Source of the DNA: Candidatus Omnitrophota bacterium
GTDB taxonomy: Bacteria; Omnitrophota; Gorgyraeia; Zapsychrales; JANLHA01
Direction: 5' to 3'
Length of the DNA: 64,000 nucleotides
Assembly (NCBI GenBank): GCA_023247795.1
Contig: JAHFFT010000002.1
Location: forward strand, 31,760-95,759
Shown: positions 10,244-20,067 of the stretch, in pieces
How the letters are laid out: the number at the start of each line of letters is the position of its first letter
How positions within the stretch are numbered: position 1 is the stretch's first letter
Position numbers and translations under genes: made by a program
The notes under the pieces: generated by a model
Told to the model about the DNA's origin: nothing
The model's input: the letters and a program-made list of their open reading frames with translations, nothing else
The model's database searches: none

Positions 10244-10966
10244 ATGGATGCGATCTTAAAAAGTTCCGGGCTCGTTTTGCTCAATGCATCCCATTACAAC
10301 CATTGGCAGTATGAGCAATTCCGGCCTTACATCGGCGAAACGGTCTTGGAGATCGGGTGCGGAATTGGAAATTTGACTCAATATTTGCTGAAAGACGCTC
10401 AATTCCTTTTGTCTGTTGATACACGACCTGAGGCCATTGCTTTCATGCAAAAGCGATGTCTGCCGACCGCTAATTTTAAGGTGGAGTATCTTGATATCTT
10501 TCGTGAAGGGTTAAAAGAGTATTCCAAAAAATCATTTGATACGATTGTATTTTCAAATGTGCTTGAACATATTGAAGATGATGTCCAGGCGATGACAACG
10601 TGCCATGACATTTTGCGGCATACGGGGGGGAAACTTTTATTGCTCGTCCCGGCGCATAAACTTCTATACGGGACATTGGACGCTGAAGCCGGACATTTCC
10701 GTCGCTACTCTAAGCAAAGGATTATCAATCTGGCAAGGATAGCGCATTTTAAAATCCTAGATCTTTATGCTTTCAATATCAGTGGGGCGCTGGGATGGTT
10801 TCTAAATTATTGTGTTTTAAGACGGAAAGGCATCCATGATTCGTTGGACACCTTGCAGATGGATTTTTATGACCGTTATTTAGTTCCCCCCTGTCAATTC
10901 TTGGAAAAAAGAATAAGGCCGATAATAGGGATTTCTTATATTGCCATCTTAGAGGCAGAAAAATGA
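10244..10966 (+). CDS. Class I SAM-dependent methyltransferase
   Basis: VLEIGCGIG, NVLEHIEDD, LLVPAH...DAEAGHFRRY. Confidence 0.87.
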   Translation: MDAILKSSGLVLLNASHYNHWQYEQFRPYIGETVLEIGCGIGNLTQYLLKDAQFLLSVDTRPEAIAFMQKRCLPTANFKVEYLDIFREGLKEYSKKSFDTIVFSNVLEHIEDDVQAMTTCHDILRHTGGKLLLLVPAHKLLYGTLDAEAGHFRRYSKQRIINLARIAHFKILDLYAFNISGALGWFLNYCVLRRKGIHDSLDTLQMDFYDRYLVPPCQFLEKRIRPIIGISYIAILEAEK

Positions 10967-12327
10967 AAAAGATCATTATTGTTGGAGCCGGCTTGACGGG
11001 ATTGGCGTTTGCTTACGAGTGTTTATTGCGTAAATACGACGTTCTCATTGTGGAAAATTCAACGGAAGTGGGAGGGTTGGCCCGTTCGGTTAGCCACAAT
11101 GATTGTCGTCTGGATATTGGGGTCCATGTTCTATATTTGAAGGATAAGCAGGTTAGAGCGAAAGTTGCTGAAGTCATTCCTCAAGAAAAATGGCTGTCGG
11201 TACGCAGAAATGGAAAGCTGTACCTGAAAGGTCGGTATGTGGATTGGCCTCCGACATCACGTTCCTTGTTTCAACTCCCATTGGGGTTCAGTCTTCGGGT
11301 TTTTTTAGATCAGGTTTTAAAGAAAAAGAATGAGGAGAGTAGCCCAAATTTTGAAAGCGCGATTCTTGATCTCTATGGCCCAACGCTTTACCGTTCTTTT
11401 TTTCAGCCTTTGACGAGAAAGTTTTTTCAGACCGATCCAAAAAAATTACACGCGGATTGGGCGTTTTCCAGCTTACGTTCCGCGACTAAAATTGAGGATC
11501 AATCGTTCGCGCAGTCGAATCAATATTTGACCCAGACAACAGACGCCAAGTCCAAAAGGGATTTTAATATTTTTAAGTTTTTGTCGCAATCGCTTAAGAC
11601 CGACCGGGACAACGAGCCTTTTTATTATTTCAGCGATGGATTTGGCGCGTTGGTGGACGCGTACAAGGAGAAAATTTTACAGCTCGGTGGACGGATCATC
11701 TTGAACAAAAGTGTTACGGCGTTAAAAGTGGAGCAAAATAAGATAAAACAAGCCACCATTGATGGGCAGATTTATGAGATCGATGAGTTGGTATGGACTG
11801 GCAATCCTTTTGCTTTGTGCCGCCTTTTGAACATCGTTTGCCCACCGCTGGATTTTTTACATTCAAAATTTGTTTATGCTTTCTTGAAGAGGTGCCGTAA
11901 GGACCACCAAGTTTGCTATTATGCTGATTCTGACATTCCGTTTGTGCGCGCGACGATTCTCTCCAATCATTCCAAGGACATTATCCGCAACAAAAATGTC
12001 AGTGATGTGGTCTGTTTGGAGTACCCGTTTAAATCGCTGGAAGACCTGGCTGCAAATTCTACGGACATCAAACTTCAAGTCATTAAGGAATTGATCAAAT
12101 TAAAAATGATTGATCAAGATTTGGATGTGGAGAGTATTTTTGAAATTAAGGTGCCGTATTCTTATCCGATCTTGACGACGGATTATCGTGAGAAAACAGC
12201 TGAGCTGCAGCAGAGATTGAGTCAGTTTGACCATTTGATTGTGACGGGACGTCAGGCATCGTTCAATTATGAGAATTCCGATATCATCATCAAAAATGTT
12301 TTGCATCATCCCCTGTTTCGTTCATAA
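10963..12327 (+). CDS. FAD-dependent oxidoreductase (HemY/UDP-galactopyranose mutase-like)
   Basis: IVGAGLTG FAD motif, VGGLARS, DIGVH, GRQASFNY. Confidence 0.8.
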   Translation: MKKIIIVGAGLTGLAFAYECLLRKYDVLIVENSTEVGGLARSVSHNDCRLDIGVHVLYLKDKQVRAKVAEVIPQEKWLSVRRNGKLYLKGRYVDWPPTSRSLFQLPLGFSLRVFLDQVLKKKNEESSPNFESAILDLYGPTLYRSFFQPLTRKFFQTDPKKLHADWAFSSLRSATKIEDQSFAQSNQYLTQTTDAKSKRDFNIFKFLSQSLKTDRDNEPFYYFSDGFGALVDAYKEKILQLGGRIILNKSVTALKVEQNKIKQATIDGQIYEIDELVWTGNPFALCRLLNIVCPPLDFLHSKFVYAFLKRCRKDHQVCYYADSDIPFVRATILSNHSKDIIRNKNVSDVVCLEYPFKSLEDLAANSTDIKLQVIKELIKLKMIDQDLDVESIFEIKVPYSYPILTTDYREKTAELQQRLSQFDHLIVTGRQASFNYENSDIIIKNVLHHPLFRS

Positions 12328-12381
12328 CAATGGAATGCCAAGGTTTAGTTGCATGATTTAATCGGGGGAAGGGCAAGAAAG

Positions 12382-14016
12382 ATGTCAATCCAGGTGGAAA
12401 ATAAATTTAAAATCATTGGGATATTACTTTTTTTATTAGTTTTATTGATTAACCCTTTTGTTGTGCAGCAATTGACGGTGCAGTACTATATTTTTAGCTT
12501 GTTGTTTTTAGTTTTCGGTTTGGGTTGCTATTTTAATTTTTTTGGATTAGGTAAAAAAGTAATAGGTGTCTTTAAATATTTCGAGAGTCATAATGGTTGG
12601 TGGCTGCTGATGACGCAGGCCGCCATTTATATTTTTTATCTACTGTTGAATCAAGACCTCCTATCATATCAACTGCATGCTGGTTCTGGAGATGGGCTGA
12701 GTTACACTGGCTTTGATTTTTCTTCCTGGACTTCAGCCTTGGGTAGCATTCGTACGGTCGGGTTACCGGTGATCCTGAAGATTTATGGTTTAGTATTTCA
12801 AAATTTTCACTTTTGGCCGCATTTTCAGAGATTGTCTTACATTTTATCAGTATTTTTTCTTTATGGGTGTTTCTTGAGATTTGGGTTTAATAGGATATTT
12901 GCGTTGTTGGTTGTTTCTTTGTTACTTTGGGATAATGCGGACAACTACATATTCTGTGATGCTGGGACCGAAGTATTTGCCGCGGTTTTTTTACAATTAA
13001 CTATTGGTAGCATGCTTTTGGCTATTCGGAACTGGAACTGGAAAACCGCGGTATCGCTGGGAGTCAGTACATTTTTCCTTTATCAAATCCGTCCCAATTT
13101 CGCGTTCATACCAATCTTAGTTCCGTTATGGGCGGTTGGTATTTCAGTGATTAAAGAGACTTTTTTGTTGGCCCGGGCTCGCAATATTTTCTTTCGCTTT
13201 TCTCTGGTCACTATCTTGCCGCTCTTTTTGTTTTGTTTGCTTCGTCTTTTGGTTGTGGAGCAATTCGGTGTCGTATCCATGAGCGGTGGATGTCTCGCGG
13301 GGCACGCGGTTCATTATTTGAACGAAGAAAATATTCAGCATTTATCAGGGGACGTGAGAATGTTGGCCGATGAAATATTGGTCCGTAAACGCCAGCTAAC
13401 ACCGCCGAACAATCTTTCCCCATTTGAATGGATTACATTTGTTTCTGAGGAGGAGAAAGTTGAAATGGAGGCGAATGCCTTTGGTCCTAATTTGATGACT
13501 TCGTGGGATGTTGCTATAAGGCATCTTAGAGGAGTTGAACCATTTCCAGATCCAAAACAGAACATTGAACCGTGGAAACACACGTTGACATTATCGGGTT
13601 TTCACACTCAGTATTATAATTTTGAAACAGATCGTCTTTTGATGAGATTTTCAATAGCTGTTTTGACTCGCGAATGGAAAAGATATGTTCATTGGCTGGT
13701 GGGCGGCACTTTTTACGGCATGAGGGAGTATTGTAAATCACGATCATGGCTGCCTTGGTTAGGTTTTCTTGGGATTATTAAATTGACGTATTTTTTGTTG
13801 GCCAATGGTTGGGATGTCGTTCGGCTTAAGTGCTGGCATCGGGATATCGCGATTTTTTTGATGATTGCTGGAAGCATTTTCGTTTTTGGTTTTATTCCAA
13901 TAATCGTTTTTAATTATCCATTCGCGCGTCTTTTTGATTGGATCGGAATTTATTTGTTGCCGGCGGTTCTGTGTTTTACACTACCGCCTTTCTGGTTAAA
14001 GCGGGAAGCCGCGTAA
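12382..14016 (+). CDS. Polytopic membrane protein, GT-C-like (tandem paralog A)
   Basis: Multiple TM helices; loop GDGLSY; paralog of the next ORF; ATG at 12382 aligns with the paralog N-terminus. Confidence 0.65.
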   Translation: MSIQVENKFKIIGILLFLLVLLINPFVVQQLTVQYYIFSLLFLVFGLGCYFNFFGLGKKVIGVFKYFESHNGWWLLMTQAAIYIFYLLLNQDLLSYQLHAGSGDGLSYTGFDFSSWTSALGSIRTVGLPVILKIYGLVFQNFHFWPHFQRLSYILSVFFLYGCFLRFGFNRIFALLVVSLLLWDNADNYIFCDAGTEVFAAVFLQLTIGSMLLAIRNWNWKTAVSLGVSTFFLYQIRPNFAFIPILVPLWAVGISVIKETFLLARARNIFFRFSLVTILPLFLFCLLRLLVVEQFGVVSMSGGCLAGHAVHYLNEENIQHLSGDVRMLADEILVRKRQLTPPNNLSPFEWITFVSEEEKVEMEANAFGPNLMTSWDVAIRHLRGVEPFPDPKQNIEPWKHTLTLSGFHTQYYNFETDRLLMRFSIAVLTREWKRYVHWLVGGTFYGMREYCKSRSWLPWLGFLGIIKLTYFLLANGWDVVRLKCWHRDIAIFLMIAGSIFVFGFIPIIVFNYPFARLFDWIGIYLLPAVLCFTLPPFWLKREAA

Positions 14017-14077
14017 GCGTAATTTGACGCCTTTCTTGTCGACAGACAATAGTTTTATTATACAGAAGGGTAGAGCA

Positions 14078-15718
14078 GTGGTAGAGCAAATTGAAAAAAG
14101 ATCTAGAATTATTGGGATTGCTTTTTTTTTATTAATTTTATTCATTAACCCTTTTGTTTTGCAACAATTGACACGGTATCCTTTTATTTATAGCCTGGTG
14201 TTTTCATTTTTAGGGATGTGTTATTATTTTCAAATTTTTTGGTTAGGCAAGAAAGTAACAGCCAGCTTCCAATATCTCAACAGCCAAAATTGTCTATGGT
14301 TGCTCGTCGTACAGTCAATCGTTTTTTTAGTCTTTCTCTCGATAAACAACTGTCTTAAGTGGGACCCAAATTATGCTTTTGGGGGAGATGCGCCAAGTTA
14401 TATCGAATTTGATTTTTCTTCTTGGGCTTCTATCTTGGGGAATCTTCGGACTTTCGGATTACCTTTAATTATTAAGAGTTACCAATTGGTATTTAAGGAT
14501 TTTCAACCTTGGCCGTATGTCCAGATGATTTCTTATGTTTTTTCTATTTTTTTTCTTTATTGGTGCCTTTTGAGTTTTGGTTTTAATAAAATATTTGCGT
14601 TGCTTATTGTTTCGTTTTTGCTTTGGGACAAAACGAATTTTCTTGCTTTTCGTTTTATCCGAACGGAATCTCTTTCTGCGACATTTCTACATCTCTCTGT
14701 TGGTAGCATGCTTTTGGCTATTCGGAACTGGAACTGGAAAACCGCGGTATCACTGGGAGTCAGCACATTTTTTCTCTATCAAATCCGTCCCAATCTTTCG
14801 TTCATAGCAATCTTAGTTCCGTTATGGGCGGTCGGCATTTCAGTGATTAAAGAGCATTTTCATTTGGCCCAGGCTCGCAACATTTTTTTTCGTTTTTCTC
14901 AAGTGACCATCTTGCCGCTCTTTTTGTTTTGCTTGCTGCGTCTTCTGGTTGTGGGGCAATTTGGTGTGGTGTCCATGAGTGGCTTATGTCTTGCTGGGCA
15001 TGCGGCACATTATTTAAATGAGAAGAGCATCCAATATTTATCAGGGGACGTGAGAACGTTGGCGGATGAAATATTGGTGCGTAAACGTCAGTTAACCCCT
15101 CCTAACAATCTTTCACCATTTGAATGGATTACATTTGTTTCGGAGGCGCAGAAGGTTGAAATGGAGGCCGACGCATTTGGCGCTGATTTGACGATCGCTT
15201 GGAACGTTGCAATTAAACAGATTAAGGGTGTTGAGCCATTTGATGATCCGAGACTGAAGATTGAAGCGTGGAAAACCAATTTGATGGAATTGGCGATTTT
15301 TCAATTTCATCAACATAATTTTAAAATAGATCGTCTTTTGATGAGATTTTCAATAGCAGTTTTGACTCGGGAATGGAAAAGATATGTTCATTGGCTGTTG
15401 GGTGGCAGTTTCTATGGTATGAGGATATATTTGGAATCGCGGTCGTTTTGGTTGATTTGTTTAGGATATTTAGTGATAGGGAAATTGATTTTTTTGCTGT
15501 TGTGCCAGAGATTGGATGGTGCTGAGCTTAAGCGTTGGAATCAGGATATCAAAATTTTCATGATGATGGCCGGCAGCCTTTACATTTTTGGTCTTATTCC
15601 TGTGGTGGTTTTTAATTATCCATTCCTGCGACTTCTTGATTTGATTGGTATTTATTTGTTGCCAGCGTTCTTGTGTTTTTCGTTGCCGCCTTTTTGGTTA
15701 AAGCGGGAAGCCGCGTAA
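14078..15718 (+). CDS. Polytopic membrane protein, GT-C-like (tandem paralog B)
   Basis: Loop GDAPSY; same C-terminus PPFWLKREAA as paralog A; GTG start at 14078 after AGAAGGG. Confidence 0.65.
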   Translation: MVEQIEKRSRIIGIAFFLLILFINPFVLQQLTRYPFIYSLVFSFLGMCYYFQIFWLGKKVTASFQYLNSQNCLWLLVVQSIVFLVFLSINNCLKWDPNYAFGGDAPSYIEFDFSSWASILGNLRTFGLPLIIKSYQLVFKDFQPWPYVQMISYVFSIFFLYWCLLSFGFNKIFALLIVSFLLWDKTNFLAFRFIRTESLSATFLHLSVGSMLLAIRNWNWKTAVSLGVSTFFLYQIRPNLSFIAILVPLWAVGISVIKEHFHLAQARNIFFRFSQVTILPLFLFCLLRLLVVGQFGVVSMSGLCLAGHAAHYLNEKSIQYLSGDVRTLADEILVRKRQLTPPNNLSPFEWITFVSEAQKVEMEADAFGADLTIAWNVAIKQIKGVEPFDDPRLKIEAWKTNLMELAIFQFHQHNFKIDRLLMRFSIAVLTREWKRYVHWLLGGSFYGMRIYLESRSFWLICLGYLVIGKLIFLLLCQRLDGAELKRWNQDIKIFMMMAGSLYIFGLIPVVVFNYPFLRLLDLIGIYLLPAFLCFSLPPFWLKREAA

Positions 15719-15748
15719 TTTGACGCATTTTCTGTCGGAGAGAAAAAA

Positions 15749-16267
15749 TTGATTTGTATTACGATCAGTTTAGCGTTTTTGATCCTATCAGTTTCATTTC
15801 ATTTGTTTTGGTGTAAATATTCAAAACGCCAGGGGCTGCATCTTACTTCCCTGATGGTCATTTATTTGTTGTTTTCTTCGTTGCTCGTAATCCTCACGGT
15901 GAGTAATATGGGAAAGGCCGTAGAGGAGCATCCATCCGATCTTTGGAACATGCCTTTGGGTTTGACAGCCATTCTTTTTTATCTTTTGCTTTTTTTTGTC
16001 TATTTTGTTTTGTTTACGACCACGGTCATTGATAGCCCATCCAATCACCTTACGGAGATGGTGAGAAATCAGGGGCCACTCACCTATCAACAGATATTGG
16101 ATAAAATGGGAGGGGACCATTTTATGATGTCAAGATTAAAAACTTTGGTGAGTGAGAAATATGTGGAAAATAACGGTTCGCGCTATCAGTTAACGGCAAG
16201 GGGTTGCTGGTTGGCAAGGATTTTGAACGCTTATCAACGGGTTTGCGGTCGGACTTGGGGAGGTTAA
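15749..16267 (+). CDS. Small membrane protein with C-terminal winged-helix-like domain
   Basis: Three TM segments, then LTYQQIL...SRLKTLVSEKYV...YQLTARG. Confidence 0.6.
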   Translation: MICITISLAFLILSVSFHLFWCKYSKRQGLHLTSLMVIYLLFSSLLVILTVSNMGKAVEEHPSDLWNMPLGLTAILFYLLLFFVYFVLFTTTVIDSPSNHLTEMVRNQGPLTYQQILDKMGGDHFMMSRLKTLVSEKYVENNGSRYQLTARGCWLARILNAYQRVCGRTWGG

Positions 16268-16272
16268 GGTTA

Positions 16273-16812
16273 ATGACGCTTTATGATAGTGTTGTGATTG
16301 TACCGGTCGGCGCTGCCTTTTTTATTTTTCTCGTGATTCATATTGGTTTTTTTCGATTTTTTCCAAGCCAGGACGTCTTACGAAATCTTATTCAGGTTTT
16401 CTTGATCGGTGGTGCGGCTCATATCGCCGCCTTCATTTATTATGGTGGACAGCAAGGGATCATCGGATCAATGGGTCTTTTGAGTCTGCTTTTTTTATTT
16501 GTCGTCTCATTTCTTTTGTATTCTTGCCTGGCGTACATTTATACGATTTGCGTGTTTGGTCCATACGAATCATCGATCCGCATACGCATTGTTCGTGAAT
16601 TGTATCGACAATATCCTAAGCTGATAAGCTGGAAGGAACTTTCGAATCATTACAATATTGACATGATATTGCGGCGACGGCTGGATCGTCTGGTTCGGTC
16701 CCGGGATTTCATTTTCGATGGCAAGTTTTATACAGCAGTTCGAAAAGTGAACATGTTCTCAATTCTTAAGATCGTTGGGAAGAAGTTGAGTGAATTAAGT
16801 AACAATCAATAA
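16273..16812 (+). CDS. Small membrane protein with C-terminal winged-helix-like domain (distant paralog of the previous gene)
   Basis: Three TM segments, then SSIRIRIVREL...RRLDRLV...DGKFY; ATG at 16273 after AAGG. Confidence 0.6.
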   Translation: MTLYDSVVIVPVGAAFFIFLVIHIGFFRFFPSQDVLRNLIQVFLIGGAAHIAAFIYYGGQQGIIGSMGLLSLLFLFVVSFLLYSCLAYIYTICVFGPYESSIRIRIVRELYRQYPKLISWKELSNHYNIDMILRRRLDRLVRSRDFIFDGKFYTAVRKVNMFSILKIVGKKLSELSNNQ

Positions 16813-19800
16813 TGATCAAGCTGAACATGGCGTCATTTTTCCGTAACATCCTCTTTCTGATCGTTGGATTAAGCTGTGGATTGACGTTTTTATGGTTGAC
16901 GGTTAATGGACGCATCGGTGGTCATGACTTTTTGGCCATTGCGGTTGATCGATATTTTTTTCTTAATCAAACGATCTCTGGTCATGAATTCCCACAATGG
17001 ATCCCTTATGTAGTCCATGGTGCCCCAACGGCATATGCCAATGGGGCATATGGAGGACGTCTTCAAGATGTTCTGCTTTTGACCTCCTCTTTCCTTCCTA
17101 AAATCAACTTTCTGACCTATCTCAACTTAGGTTTTCTTATCGATGAGTTGCTATTAGCAGTGGGCATGTGGTTGTGGGCGTCAAGATTATTCAAACATAA
17201 GACCACAATGGCTTTTGTATCGGGTACAGTGCTCGCGTCTACGATATGGCTTTATGCGCCCGCTTTTAATCTGCAGATTTATTTTTCCATTCCCTTGGTT
17301 CTTTATTTTTTCCATCAATTTTTAGATCAAGGGAAATGGCGTTATTTTTTATTTGGGATGAATATGTTGGCCATTCAAACCATAGGGGGCGTTCCCTACT
17401 TTTTTCCAGCAACTAGTCTTGTTGTATTTTTATACGCGGTATTTTATTGTTTGTTCAATGTCAAGGACACATTGGTCAAACTGCGTCGAATCACGTTTTC
17501 CGTCCCCGCTGTCATAGTGTGCCTTTTGGTCATATTGTCATTCGTGATCGTTTTTAGCTTTTATCATTTTTCATTTGGCGAAATTTTTTTTAATAGAGGA
17601 GCTGGTCATGGGGAGATCGGACTTGATCAATTTTTGTCGTATGGGGGCTGTTTCGGATTCACGAAATGGACAGAGTTGATTCTGGGTTTTTCTTCGCATG
17701 TGGATACTGTTCTATATTCAGGAATTTCAACCGTCATTTTGGTGATGTTTTATGTATTTACAGGTGTTAAAAAGGAGAGTCTGCCTATTTTTGGCACTTT
17801 TATTTTTATTTTTTTCTTCAGTGCCGGTGGAATATTGGCAAAGATCTGTTATTATGCATGGCCGCTGATGTCATATTTCCGCCACGTTGCCTACATAGCC
17901 ATGATCGCTAAGGTTTTTTTAATTATGCTGGCGGGGTTCGGCTTGGACCGGTTGATCGATATGAAGCGCCAACCCAATGCCGGAACGAGCGCCAAGGCGC
18001 CTTTGACCTTGTGTATTGTCTTCACGATATTAATCGGCCTGTCCCTTTTCTATGCGAGTTCAAATTTTGATTTGATGGCAAAATCAACAGGTGTCATCGG
18101 CAAGTCAATATTAAAGCAATATTTATCATCAGCTAATTTCTATGATTTTGATGTTGATGGCCTGCGCGATGGGCAATTTGATGAAGGGGTGTCGTTTATC
18201 GTTTATCGGCTTATCTATACTTCGCTGATTGCCGTTATCATCGCTGGATTATTGGGCCTTTTATTCATGAAAGATGTCGCAAAGAGGAAAATATTTCTCA
18301 CGGTGTTTGTCCTTTTTCATTTTTATGATGTCTTTGGGTATAAGTATCTCGAGATGGGGTTAAGGACGGTGAAGCTGAAACAGGAAACCTTGGATCTTTT
18401 TAAATTTCAGGACATTCCGTTCAATCGCCAGCGGCGAATGGACTTGGATAAAAATAATCTAAGATTACAAGAGTTTTTTAATGTCCTTTTGACGGATCGA
18501 TTGATGTATGCCATGGATAACACCTTTCTTTTTGCCGACCAGGTAAATGGGGCATTTCGCACCGATTATTGGCCGAAGTCGTTCAATGATTATATCCGCG
18601 CGCATTGGCGGCTGCCTTTGGATGAGCATGATATCCCCAAGAAAAGTAACAATAGGCAAGGGAACGTGGTGTTCCCACTTCAGAAAGAATCGGCTAAGAA
18701 AATCTCCGGAATCACAAAGGAAAAAATACAGTTTTTTTCAAAGGCGTACGCGCTATCGAGTCGAGTGCAGACCGCTGAGGTGTTGGCGGACCCTCAATAT
18801 CAGGGGGACACGATTTTTCTTGATATGGATCAGGACGCTGAAAAGTCTTACCAAGGAGTTGTCGAGAGTTTCAATAAAGATGAATTGAACAGAAATGATC
18901 GGGTGACTTTGGGGTATGAGGTGCTGGAGTTTGACGCGAATAATTTGAAGTTATCGGTGAATAATAACAGCGGGCAAAAGGTGTGGCTGCATTACAGTGA
19001 CAGTTGGCATCCGTTTTGGAAGGTGACGATCAATGGGAAGAAGGGAGAGATCTACAAATCGAACTTGGCTTATAAGGCGGTGCTGTTGGAGCAGGGGGCG
19101 AATGTTGTATGGTTCCGGTTCCACTCATCGTGGATGGTATTTTTGCATTATGTGGTAGGGATCAATTCCTTATTGTGGATCATTGCGTTGTTTGGGTTTA
19201 TATTCTTGATTTTAAGACAAAAGGATGATGCATCTGAATTAAGAGGAAAGGAATGGGGATGTGTGATTTTGATTGTGGGGGCTTTAGTGGGTGCGCATCT
19301 TATGTTGGCAGGGCAGATACCGAAAGTGATGCACAAGGAGGACAAAGACGGGAAGAGCAATATGGATTATTTGGAACGGCTAGCGAAGAAAGAGGAAATG
19401 TTTGATGAAGGGAAGGTCAAAGGGGGAGTGAAAGTGCTGAACCGGTTAGCGCAGGTCAAAAATTATCGATCGATCGCGTTAGAGGATCTGGGATTTTGTT
19501 ATTACGCGAGCCATGATTGGGACAAGGCGTTGGAATATTACGCACGATCGATCAAAGAGGAGTCCTTTTTTTATGCGGCCCATTATGATGCCGCGTTGGT
19601 TTATTTACAACGCAAGGAGTATGGTGCTGCGATGGAACAATTGAAAGCGGGTGTGATGAAATTGCAAACATTTCGTTCCCTTGTGCAAAATCTGGTGGAT
19701 GGCGCGGCAAAGAATGGGGTAGGTGATTTTGTCAATAACGGGAGCGCACTTGTTGAAGAAATGAATCAGGATGAAGAGAAAATGTATTTATTGGTAAATG

Positions 19801-19913
19801 GGCAGCTGCCATCCGTTGAGGACTTGAATCCGCATTTTTTTGGAAAAGATCAACATGAATTCTATAAGCAACTGCTTGATCTTAATGATAAGTATCATTT
19901 TTGGCGATCTTAG
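16812..19913 (+). CDS. YfhO-like GT-C membrane protein with C-terminal TPR (copy 1)
   Basis: GHD first loop, FPQWIPY, many TMs, YfhO-type C-terminal YSDSWHPFWKVTINGK...NLAYKAVLLEQG, TPR LGFCYY...AHYDAALVY. Confidence 0.75.
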   Translation: MIKLNMASFFRNILFLIVGLSCGLTFLWLTVNGRIGGHDFLAIAVDRYFFLNQTISGHEFPQWIPYVVHGAPTAYANGAYGGRLQDVLLLTSSFLPKINFLTYLNLGFLIDELLLAVGMWLWASRLFKHKTTMAFVSGTVLASTIWLYAPAFNLQIYFSIPLVLYFFHQFLDQGKWRYFLFGMNMLAIQTIGGVPYFFPATSLVVFLYAVFYCLFNVKDTLVKLRRITFSVPAVIVCLLVILSFVIVFSFYHFSFGEIFFNRGAGHGEIGLDQFLSYGGCFGFTKWTELILGFSSHVDTVLYSGISTVILVMFYVFTGVKKESLPIFGTFIFIFFFSAGGILAKICYYAWPLMSYFRHVAYIAMIAKVFLIMLAGFGLDRLIDMKRQPNAGTSAKAPLTLCIVFTILIGLSLFYASSNFDLMAKSTGVIGKSILKQYLSSANFYDFDVDGLRDGQFDEGVSFIVYRLIYTSLIAVIIAGLLGLLFMKDVAKRKIFLTVFVLFHFYDVFGYKYLEMGLRTVKLKQETLDLFKFQDIPFNRQRRMDLDKNNLRLQEFFNVLLTDRLMYAMDNTFLFADQVNGAFRTDYWPKSFNDYIRAHWRLPLDEHDIPKKSNNRQGNVVFPLQKESAKKISGITKEKIQFFSKAYALSSRVQTAEVLADPQYQGDTIFLDMDQDAEKSYQGVVESFNKDELNRNDRVTLGYEVLEFDANNLKLSVNNNSGQKVWLHYSDSWHPFWKVTINGKKGEIYKSNLAYKAVLLEQGANVVWFRFHSSWMVFLHYVVGINSLLWIIALFGFIFLILRQKDDASELRGKEWGCVILIVGALVGAHLMLAGQIPKVMHKEDKDGKSNMDYLERLAKKEEMFDEGKVKGGVKVLNRLAQVKNYRSIALEDLGFCYYASHDWDKALEYYARSIKEESFFYAAHYDAALVYLQRKEYGAAMEQLKAGVMKLQTFRSLVQNLVDGAAKNGVGDFVNNGSALVEEMNQDEEKMYLLVNGQLPSVEDLNPHFFGKDQHEFYKQLLDLNDKYHFWRS

Positions 19914-19924
19914 TCCCTAGAAAG

Positions 19925-19983
19925 TAACAAGTCCGAGGCTACAAGTCTCAAGTTGCCAATTACTTGAGTCCTGAAACATGAGA
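19925..19983. repeat. Inverted heptamer-period repeat element (copy 1)
   Basis: TAACAAG TCCGAGG CTACAAG TCTCAAG - 10 nt - CTTGAGT CCTGAAA CATGAGA. Confidence 0.75.
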
Positions 19984-20067
19984 CCCTAGTTATGGGGTCG
20001 TCACCTTCATTGGCGGTTTGGTTTTAAATAATTTAGGGAACAATGCGATAGATAGGCTTTCATAGAT

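Noticed and set aside
13027-13044. GGAACT tandem repeat as a phase-variation tract
   Set aside because: Only about 2.5 in-frame hexamer units (RNWNWK), identical in both paralogs.
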